In this document: positions 40,130-49,766 of the stretch, one piece after another
How positions within the stretch are numbered: position 1 is the stretch's first letter
Layout: every line of letters starts with the position of its first letter
Virus record (IMG/VR): IMGVR_UViG_3300043451_000039
Span: 64,001 to 128,000 of that record
Length of the DNA: 64,000 bases
Origin: a virus
Lineage: Duplodnaviria > Heunggongvirae > Uroviricota > Caudoviricetes
Direction: 5' to 3' (one strand)
Position numbers and translations under genes: made by a program
Notes under the pieces: generated by a model
Databases searched by the model: none
The model's input: only the letters and a program-made list of their open reading frames with translations
Told to the model about the DNA's origin: nothing

Positions 40130-40295
40130 TATCAGTTTCCTTCTTAGTTAATGACCACGATCCGTTACCTTCATCTTTCCAAATTAATGTATCACCAAAA
40201 TCCCACCCAACTTGCGAAAGCATGTCAGGTGAGAATGGCATAATCAATTCGCCTGTCTCTGGATCTTCTACCAGAGTTACTGTCCAACTTGTCAT
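40122..40295 (-). CDS. AbrB/MazE-like small protein (57 aa)
   Basis: Not in ORF track; MTSWTVTLVEDPETGELIMPFSPDMLSQVGWDFGDTLIW...*. Confidence 0.65.
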   Translation of the reverse strand: MTSWTVTLVEDPETGELIMPFSPDMLSQVGWDFGDTLIWKDEGNGSWSLTKKETDNA

Positions 40296-41215
40296 ATCTC
40301 AACTACTTTCAATTTAAAGTTATCGGCAAGTTCTTCATATCCAATATAACCACGAGGGTTACAAACAACACGACAATCACCAACCATATAATCAAACAAC
40401 TCATGCGTATGACCATGAGTCCACAATTTGATTCCTGGACGATCCAAGATAAACTCAGACAGGTCGCTATGATAACCCCCATTCATAACTTGATCATCCT
40501 TATAACGAGGGTGGCAAGATTTATGAGAAGGTGTGTGGTGACCAACAACTACCATCTGTTTCCATGGTGGCATATCTTCGTAGATAGTTTTGATGTAACC
40601 AAGCATTTTCTTATGTTCCTCAACTGCATCTTCTGGAGAGAACCGAGCAGTACGAGTATGAAACTCTACCCTAGTTCTTCCATTGATATCAGAAGCCAAC
40701 CATTCTTCGTCAGTCATACCTACTGGTTTATCAACTGGCACAAAAGTCTTAAATGATACTTGACGATTGCTATTATCAACACATCGGAAGTCATTCATCA
40801 TACGTGACATAGAATGTAGAGTGATAGGATCTTCCTTGTTCATATCAGTCCACAAAGTACCACCAACAAATACAACATCATCCAATTCAAAGATCTCACG
40901 ATCAAGGATATGTAAGTTAGTCAGATATCCAAGACGTTTCTTTAGATCTGTAATGGTATATTTAAAGTCTCCATGATAATGTTCATGATTCCCTGCCACA
41001 TATATTACATGAGGAAACCGAGCAGAACATTCTTGGAAGAATTTGTGATACCTAGATGACTTACCAAAGTCAATGATGCCGTATGGATCATGCTCCATTA
41101 AATCACGTGCTACACAAATGTCACCAGAGAGGATGAGAACATCAATCCCCTCATCGTTAAAAAGTTCAAGTGGTCCAAACTCTAGATGGACGTCACTGCA
41201 GATTGCGATTTTCAT
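40292..41215 (-). CDS. Calcineurin-like metallophosphoesterase
   Basis: 'SDVHLE', 'LSGDI', 'AGNHEHY', 'VVGHHTP', 'THGHTH'. Confidence 0.9.
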   Translation of the reverse strand: MKIAICSDVHLEFGPLELFNDEGIDVLILSGDICVARDLMEHDPYGIIDFGKSSRYHKFFQECSARFPHVIYVAGNHEHYHGDFKYTITDLKKRLGYLTNLHILDREIFELDDVVFVGGTLWTDMNKEDPITLHSMSRMMNDFRCVDNSNRQVSFKTFVPVDKPVGMTDEEWLASDINGRTRVEFHTRTARFSPEDAVEEHKKMLGYIKTIYEDMPPWKQMVVVGHHTPSHKSCHPRYKDDQVMNGGYHSDLSEFILDRPGIKLWTHGHTHELFDYMVGDCRVVCNPRGYIGYEELADNFKLKVVEI

Positions 41216-41838
41216 TATAAACCTTTGATTGTATTTACTTGTTTATCTTCGTTGTCTTTTATGCGCAAAAGATGTAACCACCCAGTGGCTATCCATTTTT
41301 GTTTTGTTAGGGATACTTGACTTCTATGCGTAAATGTCCAGTCAGCTGGCCACATCAAAGTCAAACCCTTTTCTGCTTTAATTGTAATGTTCTGATGTAA
41401 GAACTCAGTTCCACCATCGTCAACATCATTCAAGTATGTCATGAATACTAAATGCCTAGCAACTGATGGATAGTCAGCGGATTGGCGCTCATCGTGCCAA
41501 GTTTTAAAACCACCACCAACATCATAGTATTGAACATTAAACCCTTCTACTGGATAAACACCAGTACATAAGGCTCTATCGTATTTTTGAACATAAAGTT
41601 TGGCGCAGTCTTTTACAATGTTACCATACTTTAATTTTTCAAATGATTGTGGGTGGAAATGTAAATCTTTAGACTGTTTAATATTTGTATCAACATAACC
41701 ATAACTACCAACAAACCCATCAACTACATCTTTCTGATGATCATTGAATATTTGAATCAACTTATCACAGGCTGAAGTATCATCTAGATACCAACCCATC
41801 ATAAAATTATTCAGTTTGTTGATTTCGTGTTCTCTCAT
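41215..41838 (-). CDS. 2OG-Fe(II) oxygenase
   Basis: WHDE...MTYLNDV.DGGTEF...WPADWTFTHR...KWIATGW. Confidence 0.88.
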   Translation of the reverse strand: MREHEINKLNNFMMGWYLDDTSACDKLIQIFNDHQKDVVDGFVGSYGYVDTNIKQSKDLHFHPQSFEKLKYGNIVKDCAKLYVQKYDRALCTGVYPVEGFNVQYYDVGGGFKTWHDERQSADYPSVARHLVFMTYLNDVDDGGTEFLHQNITIKAEKGLTLMWPADWTFTHRSQVSLTKQKWIATGWLHLLRIKDNEDKQVNTIKGL

Positions 41839-41964
41839 TTTGCTCTTTGTAATATTTGTACATTCTCACGCAATTAGCGAATTGTCTTGGTTCATGTTCA
41901 AAATTTGGGAGAGAACCATAATGCTCTAGAAGTTCCTCATAGAACTTAATTGCTTCTTCGTCTG

Positions 41965-42156
41965 TCATTTTTTGTAAGGGTTATTCGGGTCACGAGGTGT
42001 AACCAACATACAATAGCGACCTACATAAAATTTACATGGGTTGCCTACAAAGTTGTTTGTTGCCGAATTATCGATAACAACATCTTTCATTTCAATCGGC
42101 TGATACACAGTGGTACAGCCACCCAACAACAGAGTCAGAAGCAATAGTTTTTTCAT
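41965..42156 (-). CDS. Small lipoprotein
   Basis: Lipobox 'LLLGGC'; first gene after the promoter at 42163-42191. Confidence 0.6.
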   Translation of the reverse strand: MKKLLLLTLLLGGCTTVYQPIEMKDVVIDNSATNNFVGNPCKFYVGRYCMLVTPRDPNNPYKK

Positions 42157-42162
42157 AATATA

Positions 42163-42191
42163 ATTATACCCTACATCCGAATAAAAGTCAA
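42163..42191 (-). promoter_or_regulatory. Sigma70-type promoter
   Basis: TTGACT-N17-TATAAT. Confidence 0.85.
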
Positions 42192-42460
42192 GCGAATTGT
42201 TGCTTTACATCCGAGACCCATATTTGCATAAGTTCTTGCAATTCGGACGCTTCGTCTGGAGAGCAATCATACTTCATTTGCAATAAACGAATGATGAATT
42301 CTGGCGCATTCGAGAACAGAGTTTTAACCTGTTCAAATGACCAGTCGATACATTTGTCTAAAGAATACCATGCAGAAAGAATCTGCGTCTCAATAGTAGT
42401 TCCTGATGATGCGTTCCAAAACACATACCAGCTACTAGTGCTCCATCTACTATAACTCAT
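42188..42460 (-). CDS. Hypothetical protein
   Basis: 'MSYSRWS.S.WY' start. Confidence 0.55.
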   Translation of the reverse strand: MSYSRWSTSSWYVFWNASSGTTIETQILSAWYSLDKCIDWSFEQVKTLFSNAPEFIIRLLQMKYDCSPDEASELQELMQIWVSDVKQQFA

Positions 42461-42982
42461 TTAATAAACCCATGTTACAAAACTATACCTTGTTCCTTCG
42501 GTGACTTCTGTTACTTTATGAGGATACAAAAATGTTGATGGAAACAATAAGACATCCCCTTGTTTCAATTCAATCTTTGTATCTTCAAACATTATGAAGT
42601 CACCACCTTTATAATCATCATTTAATACACCAACAAATGAAATAGTAGGAATACCATCATCTGGGTGTCGTTTGATCAAATCATTATGAAGTGCCATTTG
42701 CTTGCCAGTTCCATACTTGTTTAATCGTATTGGACCCCAAGCTGAACCAACATTACCATATTTCTGATTGTATAGAAATAAACCCCTCTCAACTATCGGG
42801 TTAAACATTTCCATGACATCAGTGAATAGAACATCAAGTTCCTTGGACTTATCCTTACTCTCACCACCATACCAAAAATGCTGTTGCCAATTAGGATCGT
42901 TCTCTAACTTAGCGATAGCATCCTGACATAACTGCTTCGGTATGATATTTTGAATAAAGATAAAATCAGCCAGCTGCATCAT
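42461..42982 (-). CDS. 2OG-Fe(II) oxygenase (prolyl-hydroxylase-like)
   Basis: HND...LNDDYKGGDF...FPSTFLYPHKV..V..GTRYSFVTW. Confidence 0.9.
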   Translation of the reverse strand: MMQLADFIFIQNIIPKQLCQDAIAKLENDPNWQQHFWYGGESKDKSKELDVLFTDVMEMFNPIVERGLFLYNQKYGNVGSAWGPIRLNKYGTGKQMALHNDLIKRHPDDGIPTISFVGVLNDDYKGGDFIMFEDTKIELKQGDVLLFPSTFLYPHKVTEVTEGTRYSFVTWVY

Positions 42983-42984
42983 TC

Positions 42985-43293
42985 TTAATTTGTTTCTTCT
43001 GTGCTGCTCTTTCGGATTTCCAGAAAATACGCTTCCAGTCCTTTAAGTGCTTCCACCACTGTGGGCTCCGAGTCAAATTTCCCTGTTTCACGTTCGCCAT
43101 ATAATTCTCCACCGTATGCTTCTAAAATAGTATTGATACAATATATGTATTCGCGATTTTTAGGCAGGTCTTCAGGATGAAGCCATGTTCCATTAATTAC
43201 ATGATTATCAATCTCGTTCTGAAGATAATCACGCCATTCGGTTAGATCCAAACGAGTGATGCGTTGCGCTGTTTCAATATCGATACCAATCAT
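42985..43293 (-). CDS. Hypothetical protein
   Basis: ORF track. Confidence 0.55.
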   Translation of the reverse strand: MIGIDIETAQRITRLDLTEWRDYLQNEIDNHVINGTWLHPEDLPKNREYIYCINTILEAYGGELYGERETGKFDSEPTVVEALKGLEAYFLEIRKSSTEETN

Positions 43294-43437
43294 GATAATT
43301 CCCTAGTCATTTGCCATTGCCAATGAGCATACAGTTCAAGGTATGCTCGCTTTACTTCATCGGGTAATTCCGTACCCTTTTGTAATTCTGCTTCTATTGC
43401 TCGCCCCAAAGCACGAGCCAATCGTAATTCTTCCAAA

Positions 43438-43863
43438 TCATACATAATGCGCTCTCCATGTTGTTGTATAATGATCTTTCAAATATTGCCTTTGAAACAC
43501 TCTAAACTTTGCTCCACCATATCTCACTGCTTCCTCTATCTTAGAGGCACGCATAATCCAATAACAATTATCAAGGGTCATCTCGGGAAAAGCAGTTTCA
43601 TCTACCTCAAATTCTTCGTGTAGATTAGAATTAAACTCATTCTGAGTTATTGGATTATGAACCTTAAATGGACCAGCCATCAAATGAAACTTATCCTGAA
43701 GTAACATCTCTAACCGCAATTCTTCCACAGAGAAGCCATAAACCTTTTGCTCGGTCGTGGTCTTAAGAAACGCATTTGCCGTGAGTGTAGGCTCTACCTT
43801 GGCAATATGGTCAACAATCATCTTAATCATTTGTCGTAATAATCGTCTGTCTTTTGATGCCAA
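43438..43863 (-). CDS. Hypothetical protein
   Basis: ORF track. Confidence 0.55.
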   Translation of the reverse strand: MASKDRRLLRQMIKMIVDHIAKVEPTLTANAFLKTTTEQKVYGFSVEELRLEMLLQDKFHLMAGPFKVHNPITQNEFNSNLHEEFEVDETAFPEMTLDNCYWIMRASKIEEAVRYGGAKFRVFQRQYLKDHYTTTWRAHYV

Positions 43864-44006
43864 GAATCCTGAGGATTACCCTCGCCTTTGTATTCATAAT
43901 TCATATCCGCCCACTGATCATCCGTGAAGGTATGCGATCCATCACATTTACCTGTGGGACTACGACCACACCAACACGCTGCCATCTCTTCTGCGCTAAT
44001 ACTCAT
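43827..44006 (-). CDS. CDGSH iron-sulfur domain protein
   Basis: 'CWCGRSPTGKCDGSH'. Confidence 0.8.
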   Translation of the reverse strand: MSISAEEMAACWCGRSPTGKCDGSHTFTDDQWADMNYEYKGEGNPQDSWHQKTDDYYDK

Positions 44007-44203
44007 TCTACTCTCCATACGGCTTTGCCGCCAGTTGGTTCAAAATCTTCAAAGGGTAAACGAATATATTGTTGTCCCTCTACTCCTGCGGACTGCACAT
44101 ACCCTTGAATACCCCAATTCTTTACTTCAGTCACTACAACCATAGTTCCCCCGAATACTTCTTTACTGGGGTCGACCTGTACAATATCACCAATCTCAAT
44201 CAT
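44003..44203 (-). CDS. Hypothetical (SH3/KOW-like fold)
   Basis: 'IEIGDIVQV...VVVTEVK.WGIQG'. Confidence 0.5.
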   Translation of the reverse strand: MIEIGDIVQVDPSKEVFGGTMVVVTEVKNWGIQGYVQSAGVEGQQYIRLPFEDFEPTGGKAVWRVE

Positions 44204-44444
44204 AACTCTTTAACCTTTTAATACTCTTACTGGGAACAAGGACGATCCATCTATATGATTTATCTACCTCTACTGGGAGGTCCAGATGGCATAATACCAT
44301 AGATGGATCGTCATAATCTTCACGAACAACCATACCCATCACTGGAACCTTACCAACCTTACCAGAGATACGATCGCCATATACCCATTTGGCCTTCGGC
44401 TTATCCTTATCACGATTCTCAAAATAATCTTTAACGCTTGCCAT
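44196..44444 (-). CDS. Hypothetical protein
   Basis: ORF track; coupled. Confidence 0.5.
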   Translation of the reverse strand: MASVKDYFENRDKDKPKAKWVYGDRISGKVGKVPVMGMVVREDYDDPSMVLCHLDLPVEVDKSYRWIVLVPSKSIKRLKSYD

Positions 44445-44983
44445 TATTGAACCACGCTCTTTGCGACCACTAGGTCTTTACCCTTTGCCCAAACACAGGC
44501 ATCCACAATTACACCGCCAGATACCGTACCTTCACAAAGGATATGATACAGGCTCTGAACAGTAATTTCAAACTCTACTCCTCGGGGATCGAGGACTTTA
44601 AACAACTTGTTACCACGATAACGATTCACGGTATCAATCAACTTAAATCCCGTCATTGGAATATTCTCCCACACTCGGGGAGCATACTCAGGCGCAATCG
44701 GTCTATCATAGGGAATACTAATATACTTCTGCGTAATAGTATCATACTTCCAATCAGAACCCTTCTCCCACCACTCACCATTATTATCATAGAGCCCATG
44801 ATAAGCCCAAGAATGCTGAGTGTGTTTACGCTTGGCATCCGTAGCCTTGTTTGGCTCATGAGGATGAAGGAAACCAAAGTTATGATCAATCTCATTCTTA
44901 ATGGTCCAATTCCCAGGCACAGGATACTCTGTTTCTATTCTATTCTGGGAAACGACATAAATCTCAGCTGGGATCTTTTTCAT
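44444..44983 (-). CDS. Hypothetical protein
   Basis: 'GFKLI...RYRGNKLFKVLDPRGVEFEIT..L..IL'. Confidence 0.55.
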   Translation of the reverse strand: MKKIPAEIYVVSQNRIETEYPVPGNWTIKNEIDHNFGFLHPHEPNKATDAKRKHTQHSWAYHGLYDNNGEWWEKGSDWKYDTITQKYISIPYDRPIAPEYAPRVWENIPMTGFKLIDTVNRYRGNKLFKVLDPRGVEFEITVQSLYHILCEGTVSGGVIVDACVWAKGKDLVVAKSVVQ

Positions 44984-45291
44984 TCTTCAACTCCATAAAT
45001 TGCTCGAAGTTTCTTGTTCTGAGCCTTCAAACCACGATTCTCATAATCAAGCCAACCAGCCTTCTTCTGCAACTCTTTAAACTGTTTTGCAAAGTCTCTG
45101 TCTGCTGGGGTAACGTCCTCGACTGGACCAATAATAAACCTACCGCTCTCCCAATCAAAACCAGTCATGGCATTCTTAACACCAACCATCGGAATCGCTC
45201 CAGCAGTGGCATACGGTAAAGCAACAGCAATCATTACCTCATCAGTATCCTTGGCATACTGGAGAGCAATTTTTAAATCTTCTACTTTCAT
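44980..45291 (-). CDS. Hypothetical protein
   Basis: ORF track; ATGA overlap. Confidence 0.55.
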   Translation of the reverse strand: MKVEDLKIALQYAKDTDEVMIAVALPYATAGAIPMVGVKNAMTGFDWESGRFIIGPVEDVTPADRDFAKQFKELQKKAGWLDYENRGLKAQNKKLRAIYGVEE

Positions 45292-45859
45292 GATGCTCTC
45301 CCTAGAATACCAAAGATTGTTCCTGTACTAATCAGAAGCATCGCTGAGATATACCTAAGAAAAGGAACATCATGAAGCAACGCTCCCGCAGCCATGAACA
45401 TCAACAAACCAAGCCACCAAAGATAATTCATATTATACCACCAATAAAAACAAAAAGAAAGCCAAAAACGGATGCCCAGTAAATACTAGACATAACGCCA
45501 CGATACAACCAAAGAACGCTCTATCATCCATAGTCAAGTCACAATCTGATTAATGATGTCAATAATTACTCGAATATCCTCAGGATCTAAGTTCATCCTA
45601 GAAGCAATCTCAAAGACCTCACAGCGACGCTCCAGGAATTCTCTTACCTGAAGAATAAGTTCGCGTGAATACGATTTTAACATGATAGTCCTACAAAGGT
45701 TTTAGGCAAAAATTTTTCGGCGGGATTTTTTTCGAGCAACTGAAATTCGGGTTATACAGGTTTTTGGGGACTCGGTAAACATGATGGGGGCGATACATAG
45801 CCCCTATGGATCGGACGACCACCTCTTTCAAATATAGATTTCAAAATACCCCTACCCCC

Positions 45860-46075
45860 TTATAGGACACTCAGCTGGACATCGTATTCGTGCCTCTTCA
45901 TCTTACCATCATACAGAGCAATCGTACGACCAATTCCTACATCTTTGCCCATACAATCTAGAGCAAAAAACAACGCAGTATTCTGTAGGGAATTGTCTCC
46001 TACTGTACGCTTCTTGATGGCAGTGGTAGTAGTATAGAATGATACACCATTAACAATAGCACGAATCTTGGCCAT
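45860..46075 (-). CDS. Early hypothetical protein
   Basis: Last gene of the unit driven by the promoter at 46493-46521. Confidence 0.55.
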   Translation of the reverse strand: MAKIRAIVNGVSFYTTTTAIKKRTVGDNSLQNTALFFALDCMGKDVGIGRTIALYDGKMKRHEYDVQLSVL

Positions 46076-46242
46076 TACTTGATACCTTTCATAGCGTTAA
46101 CACCAGAAGCCATAATGCCAAGACCCACAATACTAAGAGGCAAAAGCGTAGTATAGAGGATAGTATCGGTAGAATTATCCATACCACCAACACAGCCATA
46201 AACAAGTAGAAAACCAACGATAGCACGTATAGAACCCTTCAT
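46075..46242 (-). CDS. Small early membrane protein (55 aa)
   Basis: Two hydrophobic segments; start MKGSIR. Confidence 0.55.
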   Translation of the reverse strand: MKGSIRAIVGFLLVYGCVGGMDNSTDTILYTTLLPLSIVGLGIMASGVNAMKGIK

Positions 46243-46255
46243 AGAGATGACCCCC

Positions 46256-46462
46256 TTATACAAAGTCAAAAGATGATTCGTCACCAGCACGTGACAGGAT
46301 GATACCGCAGCGGAGTTCTTTGAGAAGGGCTGTTTCCAGACGAACCGCATCAGCAACAGAACAAGCCACGAACAAAGAACCATTCACAAACTCAGCGGAA
46401 TACTCAGCCACATCGGAAAACACTTCGCGAACCGTATTCAAAACCTTCTTTTCGAAACCCAT
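46256..46462 (-). CDS. Early hypothetical protein
   Basis: First gene after the strong promoter. Confidence 0.6.
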   Translation of the reverse strand: MGFEKKVLNTVREVFSDVAEYSAEFVNGSLFVACSVADAVRLETALLKELRCGIILSRAGDESSFDFV

Positions 46463-46492
46463 TTTTAAGTCCTTTTCTAATCAACTGTAGTA

Positions 46493-46556
46493 ATTATACA
46501 GCTACACTAGGTAAAAGTAAAGGGATTTCTGATTAACCCTACAGAATAGTAGGGAA
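46493..46556 (-). promoter_or_regulatory. Early promoter with upstream CCCTAC-N6-GTAGGG palindrome
   Basis: TTTACT(46521-46516)-N17-TATAAT(46498-46493); palindrome 46537-46554. Confidence 0.82.
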
Positions 46557-46706
46557 TACGCTACGATCTCAATTCGTAAACCAAAGTAAACATCACTAGA
46601 TCAAACCCGACATGGTTATTATACGGGGTATACGGCTGCAAGGCAAGTAAATTTGATCAGTTCTTGCAAGGGTTGAATTATCTTTTTCAAGATAATTGTG
46701 GATAAT

Positions 46707-47027
46707 TTACACTTCGGTCCATAGGTCACCATCAGCGATAAACTGGTCCAAACCCATGGGTGATTCTATCTGTGGTGGGATGGGGATATCAGGAAGAATC
46801 TTGGCGATCTGCGCTTGTTTATACTCAGGATCATCGATGATCTTTTTCTTAATGGCATTTGATACCTTGGCCTTATAGGTAGGCGTAAAGACACGAGAGT
46901 TGCCGCATGCTCTACAGCAATACTTACCTTGCTTGGCGAATGGCTTAGAGCACGTGGGGCATATCTTGGTGGGATATTTTCGTTGGCGTTTTTCTGGCAT
47001 CGTTCTGTGTAAAGATGAGGGTATCAA
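46707..47027 (-). CDS. Zinc-ribbon protein (CPTC...CCRAC)
   Basis: Cys motifs; TATAAATA at 47038-47045 upstream. Confidence 0.55.
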   Translation of the reverse strand: MIPSSLHRTMPEKRQRKYPTKICPTCSKPFAKQGKYCCRACGNSRVFTPTYKAKVSNAIKKKIIDDPEYKQAQIAKILPDIPIPPQIESPMGLDQFIADGDLWTEV

Positions 47028-47158
47028 TCGTAAGTCATATTTATAGCCACTGCGATGATACCGATTCGATTCTCTCTGCAGCCATTAGTAGTAGCATACG
47101 TAGAGCGATATTATTCTCATGCTCGGCAGCTGTTCTTAGCGTATTAATCAATTCAATA

Positions 47159-47461
47159 TCAGACATTGTTCAACCCTATTCTAGAGTAACCACTACTCGG
47201 TTTATTAGTACTATCAGGATGCGTTGGCCATCCTCTTGGATCCACTGTCTCTCCAGTTAATTCATAGCGAAAGTCTGGATCATACACCATATAACCACAC
47301 GTCTTATAGGATATACGAACTGGATTATAGACGAATATCACTCCACGCTGCATACAGAAGGAGATACCTTTATCCGTATAGACATCACCATTGACTGTTC
47401 CCAGGTATTTTACTACCTTTCCTTGGCTCATCTGCCTTATTGCTTCATGATAATCCATCAT
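47159..47461 (-). CDS. Hypothetical protein
   Basis: ORF track. Confidence 0.5.
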   Translation of the reverse strand: MMDYHEAIRQMSQGKVVKYLGTVNGDVYTDKGISFCMQRGVIFVYNPVRISYKTCGYMVYDPDFRYELTGETVDPRGWPTHPDSTNKPSSGYSRIGLNNV

Positions 47462-47596
47462 TATTGTTCCATCTTACTAAAGTCAGGATCCCTGCTGTAC
47501 CCAATATTAAAATTACCAAGTTTCCACCAAATATAGCAGCCACCATAATCACAGGTTTGTACTATAAATCCAAGAAACTTAAAATGTGTAGTCCAT

Positions 47597-47869
47597 TCAA
47601 TCATTCTTTACTCCCAATAATTCTTTGATTAAGGTCTTTTTATCTTCCGTGCTCATACCAACTCCGAAATGATTTACAATTTCATTTACGATGGCATCTT
47701 CATCGGGGGCAAACCTACATTGTCTGACAATATCACAACATTCCTGAACAATCAACTCGGCGAACTTTTGAAACTTTGGATCAAAATTACCATATCGGAA
47801 TTCATCACCATTAGTTTTTTTAATTAGCAAGTCAGCCTGCACAGCAAGTTCTTTGATTCGTTCGTTCAT
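47597..47869 (-). CDS. Hypothetical phage protein
   Basis: 'MNERIKELA..A...KFAELIVQEC' motif common in phage ORFans. Confidence 0.6.
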   Translation of the reverse strand: MNERIKELAVQADLLIKKTNGDEFRYGNFDPKFQKFAELIVQECCDIVRQCRFAPDEDAIVNEIVNHFGVGMSTEDKKTLIKELLGVKND

Positions 47870-48054
47870 TCTGGTAACCTTATCTTATCCTGTAGTTTCT
47901 TTACCTCAGGAGTAGATTCGTAACAGAGACAGAACTTGAATTCAAAGCAATGCTCATCTATGGGTAGATAATCAAATTCTAGGCAATAATGCTTATACTT
48001 ACCAGTGAGTGGCTTACCGTAGAGTTGAATGGCGTCTTGGTCTAGATCGGTCAT
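47866..48054 (-). CDS. Hypothetical protein
   Basis: ORF track; coupled. Confidence 0.5.
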   Translation of the reverse strand: MTDLDQDAIQLYGKPLTGKYKHYCLEFDYLPIDEHCFEFKFCLCYESTPEVKKLQDKIRLPE

Positions 48055-48266
48055 GGCTTATTCCCGAATTCGTCTGTTTCTTGTGCCCAGTGAATAGTAA
48101 TCCAGTCCTCAATACAGCGATCTTCTGTTACCTCATCTCCGTGTCCTGATTGGAACATTTTACGATTCCAGCTTGTCCAATAGAACTTTAGGATTTGTTT
48201 TCTATTCCATGTCTCCTGGACGTGTTGCCCGAATTCTCCAGGGAATACGATTGTGTAATATTTCAT
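48051..48266 (-). CDS. Hypothetical protein
   Basis: 'CIEDWITIHWA' motif. Confidence 0.55.
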   Translation of the reverse strand: MKYYTIVFPGEFGQHVQETWNRKQILKFYWTSWNRKMFQSGHGDEVTEDRCIEDWITIHWAQETDEFGNKP

Positions 48267-48679
48267 GTGCTTGTCTTCATTAGTGATTTAAGTACTTCGT
48301 TGTCGATCTCTTTGGCGAATATTTCTGCTGCATCAATAAGGGATTGAGTATAGGTCATACCAGAAATAGATGGTTTCTTGGGAGTGGGACGAACCGATGG
48401 ACGAATCTCATCATATGCTTTCTTTAGAGCAGGAATCTTTCCTTGGCTATGAATCTGTGCAAGAAAGAGGATTTCTTCTATATCTGGGATTTCCTTCCAA
48501 CCAGAGAGAAGAATGCCATGCTCAACATTACAACCACGCAGATGCTCAGGACGAGTAACAACGATGGCATCAGTTCGGTTGGGATATTCATGATTGAATA
48601 GATCATCGGTGCTGCGTCGGTTGTCGACCCAGTGATGACCTTGCAACTGACTCTTGGCTATCACATAGAACTTATTCAT
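48263..48679 (-). CDS. Hypothetical protein
   Basis: ORF track 48263-48790; more likely start MNKFYV. Confidence 0.45.
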   Translation of the reverse strand: MNKFYVIAKSQLQGHHWVDNRRSTDDLFNHEYPNRTDAIVVTRPEHLRGCNVEHGILLSGWKEIPDIEEILFLAQIHSQGKIPALKKAYDEIRPSVRPTPKKPSISGMTYTQSLIDAAEIFAKEIDNEVLKSLMKTST

Positions 48680-48866
48680 CCAGATATCTCCTACGATAAC
48701 ACCATTCACCCCAACTGAAGTGTTCCTCAACAATATAATAATCAAACCAGACCATTGTTCGGAGTGGTTCATTATTGGTGCCATGATCAAAGAACATAGG
48801 GAAGAATGCGAACTTCTTACGAGTGCGCACTGTCCCTGATGTTGGCATTTGCTTAGTAATCTTCAT
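48672..48866 (-). CDS. Hypothetical protein
   Basis: ORF track. Confidence 0.5.
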   Translation of the reverse strand: MKITKQMPTSGTVRTRKKFAFFPMFFDHGTNNEPLRTMVWFDYYIVEEHFSWGEWCYRRRYLDE

Positions 48867-49266
48867 ATTGCTCCAATGCTTTGATTAGATCGGATAGAGC
48901 CTTCTTATCAAACGTAAAGTAAATGCCACGATCGAAAAGATCATCGTAGTTATGTAGACGCAGTTTAATCAGTTGGTCATCATTGATCACAGTAAGATAT
49001 GGTTTACCAGTTGGTCCATTAATTGTAGTGGATGGAATGACTCGGTAATCTTTATCATCATCGCCTTGTTGGTCGGCACCAGCAATGATGTTCTTAAGTT
49101 TTGCCAGTCGTTCTTTCTTGCTGGTCCAGAAGGTATATGAGTCATCCTCACCGAAGTCGTCTTCCTTCTTGGCATGATGTTCGCAATACGGATGATCACC
49201 AGCAAATTGAGTATGACGGATCCAGGTGGCTGGTTGTCCGCATACTAGACATACTTCTTGTGTCAT
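48853..49266 (-). CDS. Hypothetical protein with N-terminal CxxC...CxxH zinc finger
   Basis: 'CLVCGQPA...YCEHHA'. Confidence 0.55.
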   Translation of the reverse strand: MTQEVCLVCGQPATWIRHTQFAGDHPYCEHHAKKEDDFGEDDSYTFWTSKKERLAKLKNIIAGADQQGDDDKDYRVIPSTTINGPTGKPYLTVINDDQLIKLRLHNYDDLFDRGIYFTFDKKALSDLIKALEQYEDY

Positions 49267-49399
49267 TTTGTGCTACCATTATAGAGTTGGGCTTCCAGCT
49301 GGCGAATGCGTTCATTGGCTTGAGCCAGTTGTTGTTCCAATACCTTCATGGCTTCTACCATGTCCAGGAATGCCTTAGTTTGTAGTTCGTTAAGTGTTT

Positions 49400-49756
49400 T
49401 CATTTTGTCTCCAGAGCCTTAAACATTAATTGCCACTTCTCGGCTGGCGTAACAGTACCAATGGCCATTTCTTTCAAGACATCTTCGTAACCAAGAGGAT
49501 AACGGAAAAAGATATCAGCGTAAGTGCAGTCAAAGTCATCATCAACATCGTAGTCATACAATGGATGATCTTCAACCCATTCAGGGAAATAATCTTCTCG
49601 GTTACCACCACCACAACGAGTGTGGACAACGATATGAGTCTCAGTAACATAGACGTCACGGAAACGACCAAAGTCATCTCGTTCAGCGTCTAGCAACTTC
49701 AATAGGAAACCAGCATGGTCATTTTGACCAAACAACATGTTATATAATCCACTCAT
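49400..49756 (-). CDS. Hypothetical protein
   Basis: 'MSGLYNMLFG...GRFRD...TRCGGGNREDY...DDDFDCTYA'. Confidence 0.6.
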   Translation of the reverse strand: MSGLYNMLFGQNDHAGFLLKLLDAERDDFGRFRDVYVTETHIVVHTRCGGGNREDYFPEWVEDHPLYDYDVDDDFDCTYADIFFRYPLGYEDVLKEMAIGTVTPAEKWQLMFKALETK

Positions 49757-49766
49757 AATTATCTCC

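Noticed and set aside
46697-46705. Perfect DnaA box as proof of an origin
   Set aside because: A single 9-mer can occur by chance in 64 kb of AT-rich DNA; kept only as weak context in a low-interest finding
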